A DNA stretch of 52,688 bases from a virus (Duplodnaviria; Caudoviricetes): the IMG/VR virus record IMGVR_UViG_3300034123_000003, positions 1-52,688 of that record; one strand, written 5' to 3'. Both the position numbers and the translations under genes were made by a program. The notes under the pieces were generated by a model. The model did not search any database. It worked only from the letters and a program-made list of their open reading frames with translations, and was not told where the DNA came from. Positions 9,614 to 17,834 of the stretch are shown here, one piece after another; positions within the stretch are counted from its first letter, which is position 1; each line of letters begins with the position of its first letter.

Positions 9614-10012
9614 ATGAAGTTTTTATGCGTTATGGCTATGTTTTGTTCGGTGGCATGGGGACAGGTAGTTAACCCACCCAAGGGGAACGCGGCCAACTTC
9701 TCTTGCACCCCCGGCGTTGCGTCTGGAACTGGCGCTACGTGTGTTTGCGCTACGAATCACTCTTGCACCACAAACAGCGGAGTCTTGACGGTGGTAACCG
9801 GGAGCGGGACCACTTCTGGACTTGCTCTGACGGTAGTTCTTTATGGTGCGGCACAGCCAAAGTGGCCGAATTGTGTCATCGCTTCGGAAACTGCATCTGC
9901 TTTTTCTACGGCAGTTTATACGGCAGAAACGAGCACAGGGTTTAATCGTGTGGCTTGGTCAGCACCGGCATATCCAGCGACGTACACGGTCCATTATCAG
10001 TGCGGATACTAG
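9614..10012 (+). CDS. Secreted Cys-containing hypothetical protein
   Basis: RBS gaggtg; MKFLCVMAMFCSVAWG|Q looks like a Sec signal peptide. Confidence 0.65.
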   Translation: MKFLCVMAMFCSVAWGQVVNPPKGNAANFSCTPGVASGTGATCVCATNHSCTTNSGVLTVVTGSGTTSGLALTVVLYGAAQPKWPNCVIASETASAFSTAVYTAETSTGFNRVAWSAPAYPATYTVHYQCGY

Positions 10013-10022
10013 GCGAAAAACA

Positions 10023-11456
10023 ATGAGCATTGGTGACATTCTAAGCGGAGTTGGCAGTGGACTAGTGAAAGGCGCGAAGGTTGCTGGTGCTGTGCTTGAA
10101 CCTCTCGGCAAGCGTACCGCAGAAGTTCTGTCCGGGGAGGCTCCGCAGATCGACGAGGAGAAGCGCCAGCAGGCACAGAAGGGCGTCGATGCTCAGGTAC
10201 AGAACCTCGAACAGCAGTTGGAGATGGGACGCAAGTACGGCACTCTTAACGCTGACCAGCAGAAGCAGTATGTGGACTCCATTACGAAGCTCTACTCTCA
10301 CCCCTCTCAGATGGGTGATCTGGTAAGCAAACTGCATAAGATCGTTCACCCTGACGGAACAAAGTATCAGTCGTACTCGGCGCCGTTGAAGAATCCCGTT
10401 CCAGAAGGTGGAACGAACGCGCAAGACGAGGCGGAAAAACTAAAGAACCACGCAGCCCAAAACGAGCAAGATCGACAAGACAAGGAAAAGCAGACTCAGG
10501 ATTCATGGTCATTCTTCTCGAAGTACATCCCTCAAGAGGAGTTGCCGAAGGCTCAGTCTGAGTGGGCGATGAAGAACCTGGGTATCGCTCAGACGCTCAA
10601 GAACATCCCCGGCGCAGCAGGACAGCCAATCAAAGGGCAGGATGGACGTTACTATCGTCCGATGCAGCAGGGCGATGGAAGTATTGTGCAGGAGCCGATG
10701 CCTCCAGATTGGACGCCCGGTCCAGCGAAGGCTCCAGTCACCAAAACAGAACTGATTAACGGAAAATCGTACATCATGGGATGGAATCCTGAGACGCAGA
10801 AGTTTGATAGGAATATGGGAGAGGCTCCTCCGAACTACGCACAGGTAGCTATTCCATTGGCAGATGAGAGAGCGAAGGCGGCGGCAAAGTACGGTGTCCA
10901 GGAAGTAACGGATGAAAAAGGTAATCTCGTCAACGCGACTCGACTCGATGTTGTGAATAGGGCTAGGTCGGGAAATCCATACAGCGGAAAAGAAATCAGC
11001 ACTCCGGTTGGGGCAGAAAAAACGAAGCAGGACTTCGCTCTTTCTGGGATAATGCAAGTCCAAACTCTACGCGACATTATCAAGAGAAACAAAGATTTAT
11101 TTGGTCCTGCTGGTGGCAGGGCTCAGGACTTGGCGGCGTGGATTGGAAGCAGTAGTCCAGATGCTCAGAGGTTCCGCACCGCAGCACTGATTCTCGCCGA
11201 TCACTCCGCTGGGGTATTCGGCGGAAGGGCTGTTCAGACCGTTAACGAACTAAAAGACACGATTACGTCGATGCATCTGAATCCAGACGCTCTTTTGGCT
11301 GGTCTAGATCAGGACGAGAAGACGTTCCAAGGATTAGCGAAAGCTAATGGAAGATTGCCGCAAACTGGTGCCTCTCCCGTTAGGCCGGGTTCCTTTATTC
11401 CTAAGACCGGAGCGCAGCCAAACGTAATCGTGGTTACTCCAGAGGATATGAAGTAA
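10023..11456 (+). CDS. Putative ejection / internal virion protein
   Basis: Likely start MSIGDILSG at 10023 after the upstream stop; Q/K-rich helical protein. Confidence 0.55.
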   Translation: MSIGDILSGVGSGLVKGAKVAGAVLEPLGKRTAEVLSGEAPQIDEEKRQQAQKGVDAQVQNLEQQLEMGRKYGTLNADQQKQYVDSITKLYSHPSQMGDLVSKLHKIVHPDGTKYQSYSAPLKNPVPEGGTNAQDEAEKLKNHAAQNEQDRQDKEKQTQDSWSFFSKYIPQEELPKAQSEWAMKNLGIAQTLKNIPGAAGQPIKGQDGRYYRPMQQGDGSIVQEPMPPDWTPGPAKAPVTKTELINGKSYIMGWNPETQKFDRNMGEAPPNYAQVAIPLADERAKAAAKYGVQEVTDEKGNLVNATRLDVVNRARSGNPYSGKEISTPVGAEKTKQDFALSGIMQVQTLRDIIKRNKDLFGPAGGRAQDLAAWIGSSSPDAQRFRTAALILADHSAGVFGGRAVQTVNELKDTITSMHLNPDALLAGLDQDEKTFQGLAKANGRLPQTGASPVRPGSFIPKTGAQPNVIVVTPEDMK

Positions 11457-13435
11457 TGCCCGTTCAAGTTCAAGGACCAGACGGAAGCACCTATCAATTC
11501 CCTGATGGGACGGACAAGAACGCCGCTATCGCCTACTTCAAAAAGAAGGGGATTGGCGCTGCTCCGTCATCCACCTCGACCGCCCCAGAGAAGAAGCCGG
11601 GATTCTGGGATTCTTACGACAAGAAGGTTGCGCCGCTCGTCACTCCAACGCAGCACGACGCAGAGGCTTCCGGTAAGGCTTTCCTCGCCAATCCAACTGC
11701 TGGTACGTTCCTGAAGGAAACCGGTAAGCAGGTAGGAACCTCGTTGTCGAACATGGGCGCTGGCGCTCTCAGTGCGATATTGCACCCCGTCAACACCGTG
11801 GGAGGGGTGCTGAAGACGGCCTACGATGCCAGTCCTGCCGGTGGGCTCATCAACAGCGTTCAAGGCAAAGACCCCATCGGCGATATGGCCAAGGATGCGA
11901 TTCAGCACCCGCTTGAGACAGCGGAGACGATGGCTGGTCAGACAGCCGCTTTCGGTGTTGGTGGAAAGGTGATACCGAAGGTTGCAGGTGCCGCCAAAAA
12001 CGCTCCGAAGAAATTTGCCCGATTCCTCACAAACACGGGAGAGGACACTGCTAAAGGCGTGGTAGACAAGACGCAGGCTGTAAACGATGCCGAAGCTAAA
12101 GCTCACCAAGAGAAGACGCAGGAAGGGGTACAGAAACTTCAAGATCAGAGAAAAGCTGATATTGGTAAGCACCTTGAGACGCGGGATAAGGCTATCTCTG
12201 ACCGAAAAGCAGCGGAAGATAAAGTGACCGCCGAAAAAGCCAAGCAGGGGAAGATAGAGCCGACTCAAAACAAACTACAATCCGCGTGGAGCAACCTACG
12301 CGCTGGAGTAGAGACGGCCCGCGAAAAGGCGTTGAAGATCGGAAACGAAAAGTACAACACCGTCAACGATAAGTTGAGTTCGGAGCCATCAGACCGAGAG
12401 TTCATCCAGAACGCTTTCGTGAACGCTACAGAACAGCTTCGCGGGTCGCACTCGGACCCAACGCTCCTCAAGGACGTTGAGAGGACACTGAAGACCGAAG
12501 GCGATATTTCCTACAGCGACTTGCAGGGAGATTACAGCCGACTCGGAAAAGAGTTGACGAAGGGTACTCTCGACGGAGACGTGTTCCACGCCTACGATCA
12601 ACTCCACGAAGCTCTCGGCACAGAGATGCAGAGGATCGCCGATTCGAGGGGGTTGGGTTCTCAGCTAACCGAAGCTCGAAATTACTGGCGTCGGATGAAG
12701 CAGACTTTCGGAAAGCCTTTCAACCCGACAGACGCGGCAACGTCTACAGCCGAAAAGTCCGCTCCGAACGTAGCTTCAGCGGCAGAGCAGGCAAACCGCA
12801 TTCGTCTCCTTGGATCGTTCGATCCCGACTTGCCGGGGCAGTTTGAGAACGTAGGGAATATCCGAAAAGGGGTTGATTCTCTCCCTAAGCCGAAGCCTGA
12901 GAGGGATATTGTTCAAGGTGCCAAAGCTCCATCTATTCCACCTCGCAAGCCATTCTTGCCGAAGGTACAAGATCAGGTGGGGGGATTTCCCGACCGCCCT
13001 GAAGCCAAGACTGTCGGAGTTGGAGATATTACCCAAGCCAACAAAGAGTCTATCGCGGCAAAAGAAAAGAAGGCTCGTACGGGGTACTCCCCGTTACTCA
13101 CGTCCATCTCCGTCTTTGACGCTATCCGAAACGCGATGGAGGGAAACTGGGCTGCGGTTGGACGGGACGTTGCTGCTAGAGGAGCCTATGAGGTAGGAAA
13201 GCAGGGATACGCGGCTCTGCTGAGAAATCCGAAAGTGATCGACTTCCTCAGTAAGCCAACCGCAGAGCAAATCGCTCAGGTTCCTCCGGGTATGCGTGGA
13301 GCCAACCTGCAACTGATTTTAGATGAGGCCAAAAGGAAGGGAATCCAGATTGATCCCCGCATTGCAGTACTCGCCTCCGGTCCCGTATCTGGAGCCGGTC
13401 CTAAGCAACGTATCGGCGATATACTGAAGCCGTGA
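11456..13435 (+). CDS. Putative large ejection / internal virion protein
   Basis: N-terminal VQGPDGSTYQFPDGT motif common in podovirus injected proteins; A/K/G-rich helical body. Confidence 0.55.
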   Translation: MPVQVQGPDGSTYQFPDGTDKNAAIAYFKKKGIGAAPSSTSTAPEKKPGFWDSYDKKVAPLVTPTQHDAEASGKAFLANPTAGTFLKETGKQVGTSLSNMGAGALSAILHPVNTVGGVLKTAYDASPAGGLINSVQGKDPIGDMAKDAIQHPLETAETMAGQTAAFGVGGKVIPKVAGAAKNAPKKFARFLTNTGEDTAKGVVDKTQAVNDAEAKAHQEKTQEGVQKLQDQRKADIGKHLETRDKAISDRKAAEDKVTAEKAKQGKIEPTQNKLQSAWSNLRAGVETAREKALKIGNEKYNTVNDKLSSEPSDREFIQNAFVNATEQLRGSHSDPTLLKDVERTLKTEGDISYSDLQGDYSRLGKELTKGTLDGDVFHAYDQLHEALGTEMQRIADSRGLGSQLTEARNYWRRMKQTFGKPFNPTDAATSTAEKSAPNVASAAEQANRIRLLGSFDPDLPGQFENVGNIRKGVDSLPKPKPERDIVQGAKAPSIPPRKPFLPKVQDQVGGFPDRPEAKTVGVGDITQANKESIAAKEKKARTGYSPLLTSISVFDAIRNAMEGNWAAVGRDVAARGAYEVGKQGYAALLRNPKVIDFLSKPTAEQIAQVPPGMRGANLQLILDEAKRKGIQIDPRIAVLASGPVSGAGPKQRIGDILKP

Positions 13436-14358
13436 TCCTCTCCGCTCAAGCCTTCGACACGATGGACCGCTGCCCTCGTCGGCTCGGCCTAGAAAAGACT
13501 CACGAGCCACGCAGCATGTCCCCACTCGGATTGCTCTACGCCGGAATCGAAGGTGGACTACTTACCGGCAACCCCTTTGATTCGATCCGTTCCATCACCG
13601 CCGTCAAAGATGTGACATGCAACTCGCTGGCGGCAATGCCTACTGTGCGACATGTTGCTTGGACTGCTGAAGTAATATCGCTTGCCTTGAGCCGCAAACT
13701 AGGGAAAATGTCCAGATTACAGGATGTGGAATTTGGACCTCACCAATGGCGCTCAAACCTGTTCGAGACAGCCAAAGGCGATCTACACCGCATAGTTCTG
13801 GTTTCCTACCTCGACGATGACGCTCTGAGGTCGTTTGCGCACGGCTGGGGGACCGTAGGTGAGCTTACTGCCCTTCGGAGGGACGTTACCCTCACCGCAG
13901 TCGTAATCGGGGCGTCACGGGGCGGTAGACGCCATTCTCACTGGTCTAAATGCTTCCAGCATCCCGTCCAGAAGTCGTGTCTCCGGTTTGGCAGACGCAA
14001 AGGTGGCAAGGCTGAGGGGTTTACTGACTCGTGGCGTGAGGTGTGGCGAGAGCAAACCGACATTCCCGCTAACGTGTGGCTGGACAAGATGCAGGCCGAT
14101 GACGTGCTAGGGGACTTGATTCAGTCGAAGCGTATTCCGTACCGGGCGGACGATCAGCGCATCGAGACGGCCAAGCGGGACATGTTCACGATTATTCCGG
14201 CAATGGAAAAGGCGTCCCCGGATGACCCGATGAGACGCCATTCCTGCGATGATCCGATTAAAGGTCAGTGCCCTTGGGCCTTCCTTTGCTGGGCACCTAC
14301 TGGGGCATCGGTGGAGGACTTGGGACACCTTTACGCGCCCCGACTTTCTTCTTCATAA
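13432..14358 (+). CDS. Cas4/AddB-like PD-(D/E)xK-fold protein, possibly inactive
   Basis: N-terminal LSAQAF..MDRCPRR and C-terminal C-x7-CP-x4-C give the 1+3 Cys Fe-S staple pattern. Confidence 0.5.
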   Translation: MILSAQAFDTMDRCPRRLGLEKTHEPRSMSPLGLLYAGIEGGLLTGNPFDSIRSITAVKDVTCNSLAAMPTVRHVAWTAEVISLALSRKLGKMSRLQDVEFGPHQWRSNLFETAKGDLHRIVLVSYLDDDALRSFAHGWGTVGELTALRRDVTLTAVVIGASRGGRRHSHWSKCFQHPVQKSCLRFGRRKGGKAEGFTDSWREVWREQTDIPANVWLDKMQADDVLGDLIQSKRIPYRADDQRIETAKRDMFTIIPAMEKASPDDPMRRHSCDDPIKGQCPWAFLCWAPTGASVEDLGHLYAPRLSSS

Positions 14359-14752
14359 CCGTTGAAGCGATGGCGTCAAGAGAGGCAATCTGCGCCTCGG
14401 CTTGCTTCTGGGCTTGATCCATCGAAAGCGATACTGGTTTGGCTGGGGGTGGTTCCACGGGAGTATCCCACTTCGTCTCCCCTGAAAGTAACTTGTTCGC
14501 GGCATCGTTCGCCAAAACCATCTCCGGGTTAGTGCGATCTCGCACCTTCCGTGCCGCCTCTTCCGCCAGAGCGTTGACCTCATCCTCCTCGATCTGTCCT
14601 TTGAATGCTTCCTGAAGGCTGACAAGGATGAAAACTCCCAAATCATACCGTGCTTCGTAGGCTCTCTTTTCGAGGAAAGAGAAGAGACGAATGTCTTCCG
14701 GTCGTTGGAAACTGAGTTGCGCCCGTTTCTCGTTAGGCTTGAGCTTTGCCAT
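14297..14752 (-). CDS. Hypothetical protein
   Basis: 151-aa ORF ending the inverted operon. Confidence 0.6.
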   Translation of the reverse strand: MAKLKPNEKRAQLSFQRPEDIRLFSFLEKRAYEARYDLGVFILVSLQEAFKGQIEEDEVNALAEEAARKVRDRTNPEMVLANDAANKLLSGETKWDTPVEPPPAKPVSLSMDQAQKQAEAQIASLDAIASTVMKKKVGARKGVPSPPPMPQ

Positions 14753-14909
14753 TGACCACCTTCAGGGTATCCACCGCGTACTCCACCAGACGCTCCACTT
14801 CGTCGAGATGTTGCTGAAGTAGCTCTGGAGCTTTCGTTTCCTTGGAATCACGGATGAACGCAAGGGCGTGAGTCAGCTTCTCTGTGACGTGCTCGATCTG
14901 GTTTTTCAT
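14733..14909 (-). CDS. Small hypothetical protein, 58 aa (MKNQIEHV...GKAQA), absent from the ORF track
   Basis: ATGA overlap with the upstream GT2 stop; fills the gap exactly. Confidence 0.6.
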   Translation of the reverse strand: MKNQIEHVTEKLTHALAFIRDSKETKAPELLQQHLDEVERLVEYAVDTLKVVNGKAQA

Positions 14910-15586
14910 TTGAACAACTCTCCGTATGCCGGTTCCCCAGGTATGCAGCCGTATATCGACTTGAATACTTCCCGGTCCTTGTTGGCTTGCGCTTGGATTA
15001 TAGCCCTCTCTTTATTCGATGCCCGGTTCAACGTGCTGCTTCGCTCGTGATTGTACGGAACGTTGGCCTTCCAGAGCGGGATACCTTTGCGGTGCGATTC
15101 TACGTGATACGCGCAATCACTCGCATAGATGACCATTCTCTCGTCGAAAGGTCCGACTTTATCCCAACAGTCTCGGCGAATCAGAAAGCAACTGAAATCA
15201 GGGTGAGGGACGAGAGGAGAAAATTCTGGAGGTGTTTCTGGAAGATGACTCATGCCCACATCCATACCCGTCACGAACGGAACGCCGCAGGAGATCAACT
15301 TGCGGTAGAAGTAGGGCGGAAGTTGAGTATCGTTGTTCAGACAGAGAACATGCTCGTGAGACGTAAAGGCTAGATTTAGACCAACGTTCCAACCGACGCT
15401 AACTCCAAGGTTCTCAGTGAAAAGAACGGTCTGGATATTCTCGTCTGATACCCACTCGCGCGTCCCATCTGTCGATCCGTTGTCGATAATTGCAATCAGA
15501 GTCGGTACATCTTGCGCCCGCACGCTCTCGACACATTTCTTAGTCAACTCAAGGCAGTTGTGGGTGAGGATAAGAACCGGGTTCAT
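14906..15586 (-). CDS. Glycosyltransferase family 2
   Basis: ILTHN..IIDNGSTDGT..NLGVSVGWNVG..CLNND..VGPFDE. Confidence 0.92.
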   Translation of the reverse strand: MNPVLILTHNCLELTKKCVESVRAQDVPTLIAIIDNGSTDGTREWVSDENIQTVLFTENLGVSVGWNVGLNLAFTSHEHVLCLNNDTQLPPYFYRKLISCGVPFVTGMDVGMSHLPETPPEFSPLVPHPDFSCFLIRRDCWDKVGPFDERMVIYASDCAYHVESHRKGIPLWKANVPYNHERSSTLNRASNKERAIIQAQANKDREVFKSIYGCIPGEPAYGELFK

Positions 15587-16086
15587 TTTCCCTCCGAAGA
15601 CTTTTCCATGACGACGATTGGCGAGACGTTAGGAAAAGCGGCATAGGGATACTTAGTCCTCAATTGTTCACAGAGTATTCCGTCTGCCGTGTAGTCTGGA
15701 ATATTTGGCCACCGAGCAATTTCACGCCGAATCACCATGTTCGCAGTGTCGGTCATGCACAGCCCCGGAGGATCGTTGAAGAATCGGCTACCGTGACGCA
15801 TGATCGGGAAGATTGCCCACTGCTCCTGAATACCCTCCAGAGCCTCAGCAACGTCCCGCAGCGCGTTCGGGTGAGCGAGATAGTTATCGTCGTCCAGATA
15901 GAAAACCCAATCGCCTGTTGCCTCTCTCCACCCATTGTGACGAGGAGTGTTCCCGAAGTTGTTGCTGCGCGGGCTGTCCACTACGACTATATGCTCCCAG
16001 TCGGTGAAGGTTTGGCTCTGGACAGACTCTCGGCATCGTGCCAGAGATGGCCTTGCAATCGTTGGGGTGATGATAGATAATTTCAT
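15583..16086 (-). CDS. Glycosyltransferase family 2 (compact)
   Basis: MKLSIITPT..SVQSQTFTDWEHIVVVD..ATGDWVFYLDDD; ATGA-coupled start at 16086. Confidence 0.9.
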   Translation of the reverse strand: MKLSIITPTIARPSLARCRESVQSQTFTDWEHIVVVDSPRSNNFGNTPRHNGWREATGDWVFYLDDDNYLAHPNALRDVAEALEGIQEQWAIFPIMRHGSRFFNDPPGLCMTDTANMVIRREIARWPNIPDYTADGILCEQLRTKYPYAAFPNVSPIVVMEKSSEGK

Positions 16087-16592
16087 GCTTCCTCTACCCA
16101 GATCGTGTCGATCACGCGATGGTTCGGAACCAACTCGTCTACAACCCTCTTCACGTCTGGATGGTCCTTGAAGTTGTAGTCGTGTCCGGCAAAGATTCCA
16201 CCCGGAGCAAGCAATGGACGCCACGCTTCAATGTCGCGCCGGACGTTGTACTCGTCATGCGCAGCGTCGATGAAGATGAAGTCGAAGGTCTTACCCTGTG
16301 CCGAAAATTCCCGTGCCGCCCAGATGGATGCTCGGTTGACGGCGGTTATGTTCGTGTACCGGGCCACGTTCCCCCGGAAAACATCGTAGTACCATCCGTC
16401 AGGTCCACACTCAGACCATATATCCACACTCCAAACATGGCCCTTGGTGTTGGCTGCAAGAGAGCAGGTTGAGCGTCCTTTATAGACGCCGATCTCCACG
16501 GAAGATTGAGACTTCGATGCAGACTCCGCTAAAAACTCAAGCTCTGCGGGTGACATCCATCCTTGAACCGTAAGTGCGTGTTCGATGTTCAT
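16083..16592 (-). CDS. Class I SAM-dependent methyltransferase (Methyltransf_24-like)
   Basis: VEIGVYKGRST, FDFIFIDAAH.E..VRRD..LLAPGG..GHDY. Confidence 0.9.
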   Translation of the reverse strand: MNIEHALTVQGWMSPAELEFLAESASKSQSSVEIGVYKGRSTCSLAANTKGHVWSVDIWSECGPDGWYYDVFRGNVARYTNITAVNRASIWAAREFSAQGKTFDFIFIDAAHDEYNVRRDIEAWRPLLAPGGIFAGHDYNFKDHPDVKRVVDELVPNHRVIDTIWVEEA

Positions 16593-17764
16593 TTGAGTCC
16601 CTTTCTAAACCAAGATTGCCACGCTGGCCAAAGCTCCGGTCCGTTCCAATCTACCGTGGACGGCAAGATACTACGCTCCTCAAGGTGATATGCGGCTTTG
16701 TGCCACGACTCCATTTTCTCCACCTTGTCAGCCCACATCCCCGGCGCGTGAACCGGGCGCTTTGAGCAGAAGGCACCCTCGTAAAAATATGCGATGGGGT
16801 CAACCTGCATCAACTTGGGTACGAACTCGGCCTGCGCCCCGTAGCTTCCGCACATGCACGGCACTCCACAGGCCAGCGATTCCGCAATGGGATAACCGAA
16901 ACCTTCGGGACCGATGCCGAGTGTAATATCGCACGCCGAGTACATCTTCGCCATCTGCTCATCTGTGAACCTTTGCTGAGTGACCGCCACGCGACCTTGT
17001 AGGCCGTAATCGACGATCAGGTTGCCGATAGACCAGTAGCGGTCCAGAACGTCCGTGTGAGCCCATACGCGCACATCATGGCCCCGGTCGAGAAGTATCT
17101 TAGCCGTCTCCATTCCAAGCTGCCAATTCTTCCGTGCTTGATTCGTGGCGACTATGCCGATGAGAAGAGAGTCCGGAGTGAGCCCCGGAAATCCTTGCTT
17201 GATGAGTTCTTCGCGGGCTTCCCTGTGCGGGTACGGCTTGAAAACGTTTGTGTCGATTCCGTGTGGAAGGTGATCTGGATTTCCGGTGATCTTCGATGAG
17301 AATGCGGAGTAGTCCAGAACCCGGTCGAAACCCTTCATCGTCTCAGCAATGCGGGTCGATAGCTTCCCGTTAGGACCCTCTGCGTCGATTGCGTGATAGG
17401 CCCACTTCTTCATCTTGGCCGTCTCAACCCAGCGGCGCAGATTCGGATCAGGGCATAGTTGAGGAATTCCAAGCCAGTAGAGTCGGCTCATATCCCAAAC
17501 GCACATCAGGATTCCTTCACCGTCTCCTACGAAGTCATTCCAGACGGCGGGAAGTTCCGGGACAAGCCAATTAGTTACAGAGTGGACATGGTACTCCGTC
17601 CATTGGTTCTTGATATAACCGTTTCCCCCATACCCAACTGAGGCCACCTCGTAAACGTCTCCAAGGTGTTCGTGTACCCGTCTGACCAGATCGCGGGTGA
17701 TGCGTCCAAGTCCTGAAGTTGCCGAAACGGAATCAGATAGAAAAAGTAGCTTCTTGCGTTCCAT
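16589..17764 (-). CDS. Glycosyltransferase family 4 (GT-B)
   Basis: LPHGIDTNVFKP, VATNQARKN, EGFGYPIAESLACGVP. Confidence 0.92.
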   Translation of the reverse strand: MERKKLLFLSDSVSATSGLGRITRDLVRRVHEHLGDVYEVASVGYGGNGYIKNQWTEYHVHSVTNWLVPELPAVWNDFVGDGEGILMCVWDMSRLYWLGIPQLCPDPNLRRWVETAKMKKWAYHAIDAEGPNGKLSTRIAETMKGFDRVLDYSAFSSKITGNPDHLPHGIDTNVFKPYPHREAREELIKQGFPGLTPDSLLIGIVATNQARKNWQLGMETAKILLDRGHDVRVWAHTDVLDRYWSIGNLIVDYGLQGRVAVTQQRFTDEQMAKMYSACDITLGIGPEGFGYPIAESLACGVPCMCGSYGAQAEFVPKLMQVDPIAYFYEGAFCSKRPVHAPGMWADKVEKMESWHKAAYHLEERSILPSTVDWNGPELWPAWQSWFRKGLK

Positions 17765-17834
17765 TCCCAAACTATACCACTCAAATCTCCACTACGCGAA
17801 CTTTTATTTTTTCGATTGTCGCATAATAGAAAGC
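17765..17834. promoter_or_regulatory. Back-to-back leaderless promoters for the GT operon (-) and fibre gene (+)
   Basis: Minus strand TGG-TATAGT-6nt-ATG(17764); plus strand CATAAT(17822-17827)-7nt-ATG(17835); no SD in either. Confidence 0.55.

Noticed and set aside
9843-10022. 5' extension of the 537-aa ORF
   Set aside because: Overlaps 9614-10012; ATG 10023 fits better. The extensions at 17697, 41193 and 36225 were trimmed for similar reasons
13432-14358. CRISPR-Cas adaptation module
   Set aside because: No cas1/cas2 or array anywhere in the window
14906-17764. gtrABC serotype-conversion cassette
   Set aside because: No membrane flippase or polytopic transferase; all enzymes appear soluble
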